This document shows positions 28,551 through 37,409 of a stretch of DNA of 64,000 nt, piece by piece (position 1 is the first letter of the stretch; every line of letters starts with the position of its first letter). The position numbers were made by a program, and so were the translations under genes. This DNA comes from Bacteroidetes bacterium UBA6063 (lineage in GTDB: Bacteria; Bacteroidota; Bacteroidia; NS11-12g; UBA9320): the NCBI GenBank assembly GCA_002428905.1, contig DIYD01000106.1, positions 5,921-69,920 on the forward strand. The letters are read 5' to 3'. The notes below the pieces were generated by a model, which worked only from the letters and a program-made list of their open reading frames with translations, searched no databases and was not told the origin of the DNA.

Positions 28551-30464
28551 TTACTCTGAAGCGTACAGAATCCCCTCGATCGTATTTTTAGAAACCGCAT
28601 GGTAACCCGGCTTAGCACGTTCGTAGACGTCTTTTGCCCAGGCCTTTCCGTCTTCGGTAGCTGCTAACGGCTCATACAACGGCGTTAAGAATTTGCGTCG
28701 ACCGACTGTCGTTAGGAATCTGTCCATACTGGGGTAAGCATCTTTGTACTCCAGCGCGATACAGTGTTGGAACCAATCGCACAAAATCTCATTATTCCCA
28801 CTGTTGGTAAAACCAAAGGCCTTGTCCATATCAGCCAGTTGAGCAGTGTTTACCTGACCTTTTAATCCTCGCAGGAAATACAACCAGTGATGTGTTGTCC
28901 AGCCTTCTACTTCTAATTCCGACGCTGATGTACCCGTTGTAAAACGCTCAATCTGCGTCGTTACCTTGTCCAATTCTTCTGATTCCGGAGTTGGACATGT
29001 TTCCGGTAGTCCTGGACCATAGATCCACGCCTTAGGCTGAATCGCAGCGTACAATGCCGAGTCCCCTTTCAACAGATGTTCATCGAGGTAGGCCTCGAAA
29101 CGTTTGGTATTCATAGGTTTGAAGGCATTCTCCGTAAAATACTGCTTCAAGAATGCGTCGAATTTCTCGCGACCAACAGCCTTTTCCACCGTTTGCAAAA
29201 AGAACCTTCCCTTTTCGTAGGCAATATCCGTCAAACCATCGTCCGGATTTCTACCATCCAAATCGAGGTAGAGATGCGTATCGTCAATTTGACCGTCTTT
29301 GTTAAGGCGTTCAATAGTTTGTTTTAAACCACCCATACCCAGCTTCGTTTCCATTTCTTCATACGGTGTACCAAAGATTTTCTCCATAATACGTTGCTCA
29401 AAATATACGGTAAAACCTTCGTTTAACCAGAAGTCGTTCCAGGTCTCGTTTGTGACCAAATTACCCGACCAGGAATGTGCCAGTTCATGAGCAATCAAAG
29501 CTACCAAACTTCGATCTCCTGCAATGATTGTTGGTGTAGCAAATGTCAAACGTGGATTTTCCATACCTCCAAATGGGAAACTAGGTGGAAGCACAACCAC
29601 GTCGTATTGTCCCCAGGCATAAGCACCATAAAGAGCTTCTGCACTGTCAATCATGCTCTGCATATCGGCAAACTCCCAGGCACATTTCTCCAGCATATTG
29701 GGCTCCGCAAATACACCACAGTTTCTACCCAGCGATTTAAACTCGAGGTCGCCTACTGTTAATGCCAGCAGGTACGACGAGATAGGCTGTTTCATTTCGA
29801 AGTGATATACGCCATCTCCGGTTTTCGTATTGCCGTTTTCAGCACTCATAAGTGCAATTAACTCGGGGTTGGTTTTTACCGTTGCGCTATAGGTGAATTT
29901 TACCCCAGGGCTATCCTGACATGGTATCCATGTTCTGGCCAAAATTGCTTGTGACTGACTGAATAAGAACGGGTTTTTACCGTAAGCAGTCTGCTCTGGT
30001 TTCAACCATTGCAAGGCTTCTGCCTCGGGACTGGTCTGATAGTAAATGTTTATCGACTTCGTCTCTGGTGTGATGTTTACCGCAAGGTCTTGTCCAAAAT
30101 ATTCTACATCCTCAGCCAACTCATACGAGGCTTCCTCTCCATTGTCGAGTACTATTTTGTCGATGTTCAGTTGTCTGCTATCGAGATGCAACACCTCTGC
30201 ATTGGTTTTGTTATCCAGATCTAGCCGCACAGAACCCGATAAGGTACGTCGCTCAAAATCAACGGCTAAGTCAAGGTGCATATGCTTTACAGCCACGTCA
30301 TTCGGGTTACTGAACGAATGAGCGTCATTGGCCAATGTTACCTTTTCGGATGTCTCTTCGCCATTTACCTCTTTGTCATTTTCGGTATTGTTATTGCAAC
30401 TGATAAATGTGAATAACAGGCTTGTGATTAAGGCAAATTTTGTTTTGTAATTCATTAATAACAT
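28551..30464 (-). CDS. M1-family zinc aminopeptidase (leukotriene-A4-hydrolase-like), lipoprotein
   Basis: GGMEN exopeptidase motif (FPFGGMENPRLTF) and HELAHSWSGNLVTNETWNDFWLNEGFTVYFE, i.e. HEXXH followed by E at +18. N-terminal lipobox FISC. Confidence 0.88.
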   Translation of the reverse strand: MLLMNYKTKFALITSLLFTFISCNNNTENDKEVNGEETSEKVTLANDAHSFSNPNDVAVKHMHLDLAVDFERRTLSGSVRLDLDNKTNAEVLHLDSRQLNIDKIVLDNGEEASYELAEDVEYFGQDLAVNITPETKSINIYYQTSPEAEALQWLKPEQTAYGKNPFLFSQSQAILARTWIPCQDSPGVKFTYSATVKTNPELIALMSAENGNTKTGDGVYHFEMKQPISSYLLALTVGDLEFKSLGRNCGVFAEPNMLEKCAWEFADMQSMIDSAEALYGAYAWGQYDVVVLPPSFPFGGMENPRLTFATPTIIAGDRSLVALIAHELAHSWSGNLVTNETWNDFWLNEGFTVYFEQRIMEKIFGTPYEEMETKLGMGGLKQTIERLNKDGQIDDTHLYLDLDGRNPDDGLTDIAYEKGRFFLQTVEKAVGREKFDAFLKQYFTENAFKPMNTKRFEAYLDEHLLKGDSALYAAIQPKAWIYGPGLPETCPTPESEELDKVTTQIERFTTGTSASELEVEGWTTHHWLYFLRGLKGQVNTAQLADMDKAFGFTNSGNNEILCDWFQHCIALEYKDAYPSMDRFLTTVGRRKFLTPLYEPLAATEDGKAWAKDVYERAKPGYHAVSKNTIEGILYASE

Positions 30465-30597
30465 GTGGACTATAGAATAAAAGGGGTCAAATATAGTAAG
30501 CCGACAATAAAACAGTGTTTATAACGTTCACTGCGTAAACAGAAATTTAATTATGCAAAGTGAACTTAATGTATAATTTTGCACAACTTGTTAAGAC

Positions 30598-31467
30598 ATG
30601 GATAAGAAATCAAATCACTCACTTACTATGATCGGCAGTGCTCTTGCGAAGTTTACTTTGCTGGGTTCGTTGGTTATAGGCTTGGCTTTTACGAGTTATG
30701 CGCAGGACGAGGATAGTTATGATGACTATTCGAGCGATGGGTATGACTACTCAGATGATGGATATAGCAGCGATGGATATGATGACTACGACAACCCGGA
30801 CTCAACCTACTCCGATGACTACTCCGATGATTATTCAGAAAGCGATGATTATGGAGACTACGGAAGCTACGGATCAAGTTCAAGTGGAACCGAAAAATTT
30901 GTACCAAAGAAAATCGTTCGCAAACCATATGTACGTTTTGTACCACCGTACGATTCAATTCGAGAATTAGTGCTTTATAAGGCCGTAATCGAGGTTAAAG
31001 ATCGAGAAGGATATGAAGTTGAAATCGACACGATTAATTGGCGCACACATCAGTGGCTAGAAGCTGAGTTTGGTAAAAACCTAAAGAAATTCCTCACCTC
31101 AGATGGCATTAATAACAATGCCGGTGAGATGGAATACAAGATTAAAATTCACGGAACATTCGTGTGCGAAGTTGAACCCAATGAATTTACTAAGGTGAAA
31201 AACGGACACGTTGAATACGACATGGAGATTCGTGTGCGAGACGGTCGTTACCGTTACACGGTAAAGAACCTGGTTCACGTTGCAGAACCTCGCCCAGGCG
31301 AAAAAGAGGGTGAACGTACGTACTTCGAATACCTCATGAAGAGCGAGGATAATGTACAAGGTGGAGACAAGGTATTGATTGCTGCAGATAAGAAGATTAC
31401 AGCAATGATGGATGAACTTCAGAAAATCTGTCAAACTTCTCCGATCGAAGAAGAAGACGACTGGTAG
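30598..31467 (+). CDS. Secreted protein with an extremely acidic D/Y/S-rich low-complexity N-terminal tract and a C-terminal globular domain of unknown function
   Basis: Signal-like N-terminus followed by DEDSYDDYSSDGYDYSDDGYSSDGYDDYDNPDSTYSDDYSDDYSESDDYGDYGSYGSSSSG, then a ~190-aa mixed-charge domain. A terminator follows. Confidence 0.5.
   Translation: MDKKSNHSLTMIGSALAKFTLLGSLVIGLAFTSYAQDEDSYDDYSSDGYDYSDDGYSSDGYDDYDNPDSTYSDDYSDDYSESDDYGDYGSYGSSSSGTEKFVPKKIVRKPYVRFVPPYDSIRELVLYKAVIEVKDREGYEVEIDTINWRTHQWLEAEFGKNLKKFLTSDGINNNAGEMEYKIKIHGTFVCEVEPNEFTKVKNGHVEYDMEIRVRDGRYRYTVKNLVHVAEPRPGEKEGERTYFEYLMKSEDNVQGGDKVLIAADKKITAMMDELQKICQTSPIEEEDDW
30703..30889 (+). repeat. Low-complexity coding tract for an acidic D/Y/S-rich peptide
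   Basis: Degenerate repeats of gat-gac-tac-tc(n) type codons, translating to (S)DDY / DGY units. Confidence 0.6.
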
Positions 31468-31492
31468 GCAACACCTACAAGAAATAGATAAA

Positions 31493-31527
31493 CCCTGTGT
31501 CAATGAACATTGACACAGGGTTTTTTT
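31493..31527 (+). terminator. Rho-independent terminator after the acidic-tract protein gene
   Basis: 13-bp perfect stem CCCTGTGTCAATG / CATTGACACAGGG followed by TTTTTTT. Confidence 0.85.
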
Positions 31528-31752
31528 GTGTCCTGATCATAGCGAAATGGGGTTAAACCGCCTTTTTTGTCTTAACTGTGTCAAGAAATGTTATCTTAAT
31601 GCTACCTTTTTAAAACTGGACAGACTAAGCATATGAAGATCAGTCGATTATAACGATTCGTTTCATTTCATATGTTAAGGAATCGTTTCCTAATTGTGTT
31701 GGTCTAACCCTAAATCCTGTAGGCAAACTGCAGGCTTTTACATGTATCGCTT

Positions 31753-32502
31753 ATGAATAACACGTTGTTGGCTTCGCCCTATTTGGATCTTTTTGACCCC
31801 GTATCACTGGAAGAAATGAACGGAGTGTCGTTAATGAAAAGGACAGACACCAAATTCCTGGTGAACAAACGACAACTGCCTGTTATTCTTGAAGAGGCTT
31901 CACAGCAATATCGCATCTTATCGATTAATGATGAGCGCTTGATGTCGTATAAAACGCAGTACTACGATACGCCATCTATGACGTTCTATCATCGTCATCA
32001 CAATAAAAGATCGACGCGAACCAAGGTTCGCATTCGCCAATATATTGAGTCGAACCTTCTCTTTCTGGAGGTAAAGCTTAAAAACAACAAAGGCAAGACA
32101 AACAAATCGAGGGTGCAATTGGAAAGCTGGACGGATACTCTGGGCTCAAAAGAACTACAGTTTATCGCCGATACATCTGGGCAACATTACAACCTGGCGC
32201 CCATCTTAATGAATGAATTTAATCGCTTTACACTGGTTGATCGGCAAATGCGAGAGCGTGCCACCATCGATCTTAATCTGCGATTTAATCAGGAGGAGTT
32301 TGATGAAGACCTTGTTATTGTTGAATTGAAACAGGAACGATTATCCCGCCAATCGCCCTTATTTCAGATATTAAAGAAAAATCGGGTTTACCCGAAAAGT
32401 ATGAGCAAGTACTGCATTGGTGTAGCTGCTCATTTTCCCGATGTGAAACAGAACAATTTTAAACGCCGTTTCAGGTCAATAGAAAAAATTAAAGAACAAT
32501 AA
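31753..32502 (+). CDS. VTC-domain protein (polyphosphate-polymerase-like catalytic domain)
   Basis: 249-aa cytoplasmic protein whose size and sequence (MKRTDTKFLV..., YKTQYYDTPSMTFYHRH, RTKVRIRQY, LEVKLKNNKGKTNKSRV) resemble bacterial VTC (PF09359-type) proteins. First gene of a coupled four-gene operon. Confidence 0.55.
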   Translation: MNNTLLASPYLDLFDPVSLEEMNGVSLMKRTDTKFLVNKRQLPVILEEASQQYRILSINDERLMSYKTQYYDTPSMTFYHRHHNKRSTRTKVRIRQYIESNLLFLEVKLKNNKGKTNKSRVQLESWTDTLGSKELQFIADTSGQHYNLAPILMNEFNRFTLVDRQMRERATIDLNLRFNQEEFDEDLVIVELKQERLSRQSPLFQILKKNRVYPKSMSKYCIGVAAHFPDVKQNNFKRRFRSIEKIKEQ

Positions 32503-32507
32503 AGCTT

Positions 32508-33113
32508 ATGGAACTATTTGGCATCCCAATTTTCGACGACGACTTATACAAGCTCGTGTTTAGGTTCGCAATTAACCTTGCCTTTCTAACTGTTATCATC
32601 CGTGGTTTTTATTACAGCAATACCAAACGGAAAGACTACCTCTTTACCTACTATTTGATCGGTACAATTGTGTTCATCTTATGTTTCACCCTGAAGAAAT
32701 TCGAGTTGGATTTGGGAATGGCACTAGGCCTCTTTGCCATATTCGGTATCATACGATATCGAACAGACCCAATTGACATTAAAGAAATGACCTATTTGTT
32801 TGTGGTAATTGGTGTATCGGTTGTGAATTCACTTGCCAACAAGAAGATGAGCTACGCCGAAATTCTCATAGGCAATTCCATTGTGGTAGCAACCATTTTC
32901 GTTCTTGAGCGTATCTGGCATGTTAAAAACACGTCTTCCAAGACAATTCAATACGAAAAGATAGAAAACATCAAGCCTGAAAATTACGATCGTTTGAAAG
33001 CAGATTTAGAAGAGCGAACAGGGTTGAACATTGAAAGCATTCGTGTGGGAGACATTGACTTCCTCCGCGACTCAGCTAAAATTACGATAACCTATACAAC
33101 AGAAGAACAATGA
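32508..33113 (+). CDS. DUF4956-family membrane protein
   Basis: 201 aa. MELFGIPIFDDDLYKLVFRFAINLAFLTVIIRGFYY plus three or four predicted transmembrane helices. Starts 5 nt after the VTC stop. Confidence 0.55.
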   Translation: MELFGIPIFDDDLYKLVFRFAINLAFLTVIIRGFYYSNTKRKDYLFTYYLIGTIVFILCFTLKKFELDLGMALGLFAIFGIIRYRTDPIDIKEMTYLFVVIGVSVVNSLANKKMSYAEILIGNSIVVATIFVLERIWHVKNTSSKTIQYEKIENIKPENYDRLKADLEERTGLNIESIRVGDIDFLRDSAKITITYTTEEQ

Positions 33114-33826
33114 ATATGAATAAAAGAATTATAGCCACATTAGGCCTTTTTTGCCTGATTTGTTCCAGTGTTTTTGCACAGGAAACCGTTACCGTTCGCG
33201 ATTTGGAAACCTGGAGTTCCATTGGATTAAGATACAAGTTCAACAAAAAATGGAGCATTGCAGTGCAAGAACAACTTCGGCTGAAAGACAACTCGTCTAC
33301 CATTGATCAGTACTTTACTCAGGGCACAATAAAATACAAACCGATCAAGCCCATTTGGTTTGGTTTATCTGCACGGTACATCCGCAACAACGATAACCAG
33401 GGCAAGATACAGGGTTACGAAAACCACATGCGTTTCCACGCCGATTTCGGATATAAGCACAACATCAGTCGCTTTAAATTGAAGTACCGCGTGCGCTATC
33501 AGCATAAAAATGAGCTTGGCATCAGTGCAGCAGATGGTGACGAAGCAAGAACGTTTGCCCGGTTTAAGGTAGACGGGAAATACAACATTAAGAAATGGAA
33601 GCTTGATCCCGGTTTAGCCGCAGAGATTTTCTACAACACAAGTAATTCTGTTGTAACCGACCAACTTCAAAGAATCCGGTTTACCCTGTATACAAATTAC
33701 GATGAATGGGATTTCGGTGACTTCAGAATGTTCTATCGGCTTGAACGTGATTTAAATACCACCTATCCCAAAACTACGCACATCGTTGGTCTAAATTATC
33801 AGTTAACCCTAAAGAAAAAGAAATGA
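33110..33826 (+). CDS. DUF2490-like exported beta-barrel-type protein
   Basis: Signal peptide MNMNKRIIATLGLFCLICSSVFAQ. Alternating hydrophobic pattern rich in R/K/Y/F. ATGA overlaps on both sides, with the upstream and the downstream gene. Confidence 0.4.
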   Translation: MNMNKRIIATLGLFCLICSSVFAQETVTVRDLETWSSIGLRYKFNKKWSIAVQEQLRLKDNSSTIDQYFTQGTIKYKPIKPIWFGLSARYIRNNDNQGKIQGYENHMRFHADFGYKHNISRFKLKYRVRYQHKNELGISAADGDEARTFARFKVDGKYNIKKWKLDPGLAAEIFYNTSNSVVTDQLQRIRFTLYTNYDEWDFGDFRMFYRLERDLNTTYPKTTHIVGLNYQLTLKKKK

Positions 33827-35190
33827 AAACGCATCGCACTTTATACATAATACCTCTTCTTGCCGGGCTACTATTTGCCGGGTGTAAGAAAGAAATTGAA
33901 ATCGAAGGAGAAGCTGTGTTGCCTGATTGGACAACCGCATCACACTCAAATGACGTTCCACCCAACTACTCCATGGTGTTCAACGATGACAAAGTACACC
34001 GCATAGACATCGTCCTTACTTCGGAAGAATGGGATGCTATGCAAGATGATTTGGCTGACATTCAGGGTTCAGGCGGAGGTCCCGGTGGTGGACCAGGTGG
34101 TGGTCCCGGACAAACATTTTCGGATGAAACACCCCAGTATTTTCCGTGCGATTTTTACTACAATGGTAAGCAGTGGTACGAGGTGGGCATTCGCTATAAG
34201 GGAAATTCTTCACTACGCGCAAACAGCAATAAACTCCCATTGCGGTTGGACTTTAACAAATTCCAGGATGAGTTCCCCGATATCCGCGGACAACGATTCT
34301 ATGGTTTTGAAGAACTTTCACTAAGCAGCAACTACAATGATGCTTCGCTGATTCGAGAGAAAGCGGCTGCAGACATCTTCCGCCATTTTGGGGTTCCAGC
34401 TGCCCGTACAGCCTTTTATGAAGTCTACATCGATCATGGTAATGGCCCTGTTTACTTTGGGGTGTACACCATGGTAGAAGTGATTTTTGATACGATGTTG
34501 GAAGACTACTTTGGAACCAATTCCGGCAATTGTTATAAACCTGAGGACGATGGCGCACAATTCGCACAAAACATATTCAACCTCGACGATTTTGAGTTAA
34601 AAACCAACGAAGTTGGAGGAGATAAAAGTGATATTCAGGAGTTGTTCAACATCTTACATTCGGCCGACCGAACGTCTAATCCGGAAGCGTGGAAAACAAG
34701 TCTGGAATCGGTGTTCGATGTCAACGGTTTTCTGAAGTATCTGGCAGCCAATAATACGATCCAGAACTGGGATACGTATGGCCTAATGCCACACAACTAT
34801 TATTTGTATCATGACCCACAGGATGGTCTAATCAAGTGGATTGTATGGGACAACAACGAGGCATTTCAAAACGGCAAGCAAGGTGGCGCTGTTTCACTCT
34901 CGATGAGCGAGGTAAACACCAATTGGCCTCTAATCCCCTATATCATTGGGGATTCTGAATATGAAGCGATATACAAATCGTACTTACAGCAGTTTATCAC
35001 CACCTCCTTTGAAAGTTCCAGAATTCAGGATTTCTACAGTGCGTATGAATCGCTGTTATATTCTTCGGCAGAAAAAGAACAGTCTGGCTATTCGTACATA
35101 AATGGTATTTCAGGATTTACATCCGCCATGAGTACGATGAAGACTCATAATACTAGTCGCATTGCAACCGTGAATGCGTATTTGCAATAG
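33823..35190 (+). CDS. CotH-kinase-family secreted lipoprotein
   Basis: Lipobox LFAGC. GGGPGGGPGGGPG linker. Then a ~380-aa domain whose layout and motifs (FPCDFYYNGKQWYEVGIRYKGNSS, YEVYIDHGNGPVYFGVYTMVE, YYLYHDPQDGLIKWIVWDNNEAF) match the CotH atypical-kinase family. A terminator follows. Confidence 0.55.
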   Translation: MKTHRTLYIIPLLAGLLFAGCKKEIEIEGEAVLPDWTTASHSNDVPPNYSMVFNDDKVHRIDIVLTSEEWDAMQDDLADIQGSGGGPGGGPGGGPGQTFSDETPQYFPCDFYYNGKQWYEVGIRYKGNSSLRANSNKLPLRLDFNKFQDEFPDIRGQRFYGFEELSLSSNYNDASLIREKAAADIFRHFGVPAARTAFYEVYIDHGNGPVYFGVYTMVEVIFDTMLEDYFGTNSGNCYKPEDDGAQFAQNIFNLDDFELKTNEVGGDKSDIQELFNILHSADRTSNPEAWKTSLESVFDVNGFLKYLAANNTIQNWDTYGLMPHNYYLYHDPQDGLIKWIVWDNNEAFQNGKQGGAVSLSMSEVNTNWPLIPYIIGDSEYEAIYKSYLQQFITTSFESSRIQDFYSAYESLLYSSAEKEQSGYSYINGISGFTSAMSTMKTHNTSRIATVNAYLQ

Positions 35191-35221
35191 ACTACATTCG
35201 GTTATATAAGCGATACCGATG

Positions 35222-35258
35222 GCCCTATGTCAAGAATTGATTGGCATAGGGTTTTTTT
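35222..35258 (+). terminator. Rho-independent terminator after the CotH-like gene, closing the VTC operon
   Basis: GCCCTATG ... CATAGGGT hairpin followed by TTTTTTT. Confidence 0.8.
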
Positions 35259-35289
35259 ATGGTTGAAATTTGTAGTATAAATTTTGATT

Positions 35290-35760
35290 ATGAAAACAAC
35301 TATATTTGGTATCGAGAAATCTCAAGCAGAGAAGACCGTTACAGCCCTAAACGAATTGCTTTCGTCTTACCAAGTGTTTTACCAAAACCTCAGAGGGTAC
35401 CACTGGAATATTATTGGTAAAGACTTTTTTGAGTTGCATTTGAAATTTGAGGAATATTACAACGATGCACAGGTAAAGATTGATGAAATTGCCGAGCGCA
35501 TTTTAACCCTGGAAGCAACGCCTTTGCACAGTTTCGACAAGTTCCTTGAGCACAGTACACTACCCATTCACAGCAATGTATTCGAAGGTGCACGAGCGGT
35601 AGAACAAATTCGAGAACAACTTGAAGTGTTGCTTGAAAAACAGAAGACCATTCTTCATATGGCAGACGATAGTAACGACATCGCTACTTCGGATTTAATG
35701 ACGCAGTATATATCTGCTCAGGAAAAAACGGTTTGGATGTTGCGCTCGTTTTTGAGTTAG
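35290..35760 (+). CDS. dps: Dps-family ferritin-like DNA-protection protein
   Basis: LNELLSSYQVFYQNLRGYHWNIIGKDFFELHLKFEEYYNDAQVKIDEIAERIL matches the Dps ferroxidase-centre region. The track start at 35284 is TTG; the ATG at 35290 was used. Confidence 0.85.
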   Translation: MKTTIFGIEKSQAEKTVTALNELLSSYQVFYQNLRGYHWNIIGKDFFELHLKFEEYYNDAQVKIDEIAERILTLEATPLHSFDKFLEHSTLPIHSNVFEGARAVEQIREQLEVLLEKQKTILHMADDSNDIATSDLMTQYISAQEKTVWMLRSFLS

Positions 35761-36485
35761 AATGTATCCCAATGGCGACCATATAGTCTTCCCATTTTTC
35801 TAGAAAATACCAAACCTAAATTGGTCACATGAATTCCGGAGCGATAACGTGCATGATTTATTCCAACACCGATCTCCCATCGCAGTGATTGCCCAACGGG
35901 GCGCGTTAATTCGTATTTAAGGATTAGTCCGGGATCATGAGTCATGTACGTAGCTGTACCAAAAAAATCCTGATACGGTGAAAACCACCAATTTGTATAC
36001 ATCTCCCAGCGGTGACTATACCCTATCATTGTATTGTGTTTCCACTTTTTGTTTAAGAAACGCTTCCCTACAAGAAAGCTAGACACGAATTCTGATCGAC
36101 TATGAGGCAACCAGGACTCCCAGTCTATTTCATGCATTTTGGGTCCGAATGGGCTATGATTAAACTGAGGCATTGATCGAAGCTCAACCGCATAATCAAA
36201 CAAGTCGCTGTGGTAGGTAAATCTGGGCTGCGGCACTAACCCCACATTTAAGAGAATGAATTGCCCACAACTTCCAGCGAGATAGCCCAATTGGGATTGA
36301 CGAAAGCCCAGTGAATACGTATTGTAATACGCATCTGAATAGTATGGATAACCATTCAGGTTTGATATAGACCATTTGGCTTTAGGCACCTGGTATCCCA
36401 AACAAGTAAGTGTCGATGTGAGCAAGACCATACAAACTGTCAGTCTATGCATTAGGGTGAAGTTCATCACCTTAAAGATACGCAA
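35757..36485 (-). CDS. Hypothetical exported aromatic-rich protein (possible outer-membrane protein)
   Basis: Signal-like MHRLTVCMVLLTSTLTCLG and a W/Y/F-rich sequence. The true start may be an internal Met (36467 or 36452). Confidence 0.4.
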   Translation of the reverse strand: MRIFKVMNFTLMHRLTVCMVLLTSTLTCLGYQVPKAKWSISNLNGYPYYSDAYYNTYSLGFRQSQLGYLAGSCGQFILLNVGLVPQPRFTYHSDLFDYAVELRSMPQFNHSPFGPKMHEIDWESWLPHSRSEFVSSFLVGKRFLNKKWKHNTMIGYSHRWEMYTNWWFSPYQDFFGTATYMTHDPGLILKYELTRPVGQSLRWEIGVGINHARYRSGIHVTNLGLVFSRKMGRLYGRHWDTF

Positions 36486-36504
36486 AAGGAGGCGATCGTC
36501 CCGT

Positions 36505-37347
36505 TTACTTATTTCGCATGCGCTTAATCGCTCGCCAAATTGCAGGTGGCATCCAGTCGGTGGCGAAGTTCACTACAGCATTGTACCGACGCATGTCTTT
36601 TTCCGTTTCAACACCCTTGCGATCAACGAAAAGCGTAGTATGGTCTTCCAACCCTTCATTCACTTCACTAGCCGGACGACCATTGGTGTAATAATACAAT
36701 GCCAGTGATTTTCGACTTCGGTCTTCAGGGCATGTAAGTTTATCTGGATGGCCATGATACGAAAAGTCGGTCGTTGAGAACATAGCGAGGCGATTAAACA
36801 GGGGTAATATCTTCTTTTCGCACTTGGTCATATCCTGATTCCAAAGCTCGAAATGTCCGCCATACGACTCCTCCCAGTCCTTATTTAGATAAATGAGTAC
36901 ATTTAATCGACGGTCTAAACCCGTGGATTTATGTTTGTTAAAATCCGCATGAACCTTTAAAAATCCACCCGGTTTAATTTGGTGACATCCTCCACCTTCG
37001 TAGTACGGATCTCCCAGAAGGTTCTCAATACCAGTGAGTTCTGAAAGAAAATTTAAAAATGGTTCTGAATTCAAAAAGTGCATAAACACTTTAGTGGCCT
37101 TTCCAAACCGCTCTTCACCACGTGAGGCAAGCTTCACTTCGTTAGGTGTTTTATACTGAATATCACCCTTGTCTCCCATCTCTGGGAATTCGGCCAATAC
37201 TTCAGACAAAAAATCCGCGTTAAAGAAGTCGTCAAAGTAAATATTAGGGAACGGAGAATTACTTCCATATTCCGATTTGTAGTGACGCGCAAGGCCCATT
37301 AGTTCATCGTATTCGATGTCTAGTACTTTATATTCTCCGATCTGCAT
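36505..37347 (-). CDS. 2-oxoglutarate/Fe(II)-dependent oxygenase superfamily protein
   Basis: HxD...H facial triad candidates (KVHADFNKH ... SYHGHPD) within a prolyl-hydroxylase-like length and layout. Confidence 0.55.
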   Translation of the reverse strand: MQIGEYKVLDIEYDELMGLARHYKSEYGSNSPFPNIYFDDFFNADFLSEVLAEFPEMGDKGDIQYKTPNEVKLASRGEERFGKATKVFMHFLNSEPFLNFLSELTGIENLLGDPYYEGGGCHQIKPGGFLKVHADFNKHKSTGLDRRLNVLIYLNKDWEESYGGHFELWNQDMTKCEKKILPLFNRLAMFSTTDFSYHGHPDKLTCPEDRSRKSLALYYYTNGRPASEVNEGLEDHTTLFVDRKGVETEKDMRRYNAVVNFATDWMPPAIWRAIKRMRNK

Positions 37348-37409
37348 TTTATAACTTTAAGGTGTAAAAAAAAGAAATATTTTTGTGACGCACAAAGACA
37401 CGCTTGAAT

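Noticed and set aside
30520-30570. Inverted repeat GTTCACTG ... AGTGAAC and CAGTG-n11-CACTG upstream of the acidic-tract protein gene.
   Set aside because: The arms are short (5-8 bp) and have no recognisable regulator consensus. Noted, but too weak to call a site.
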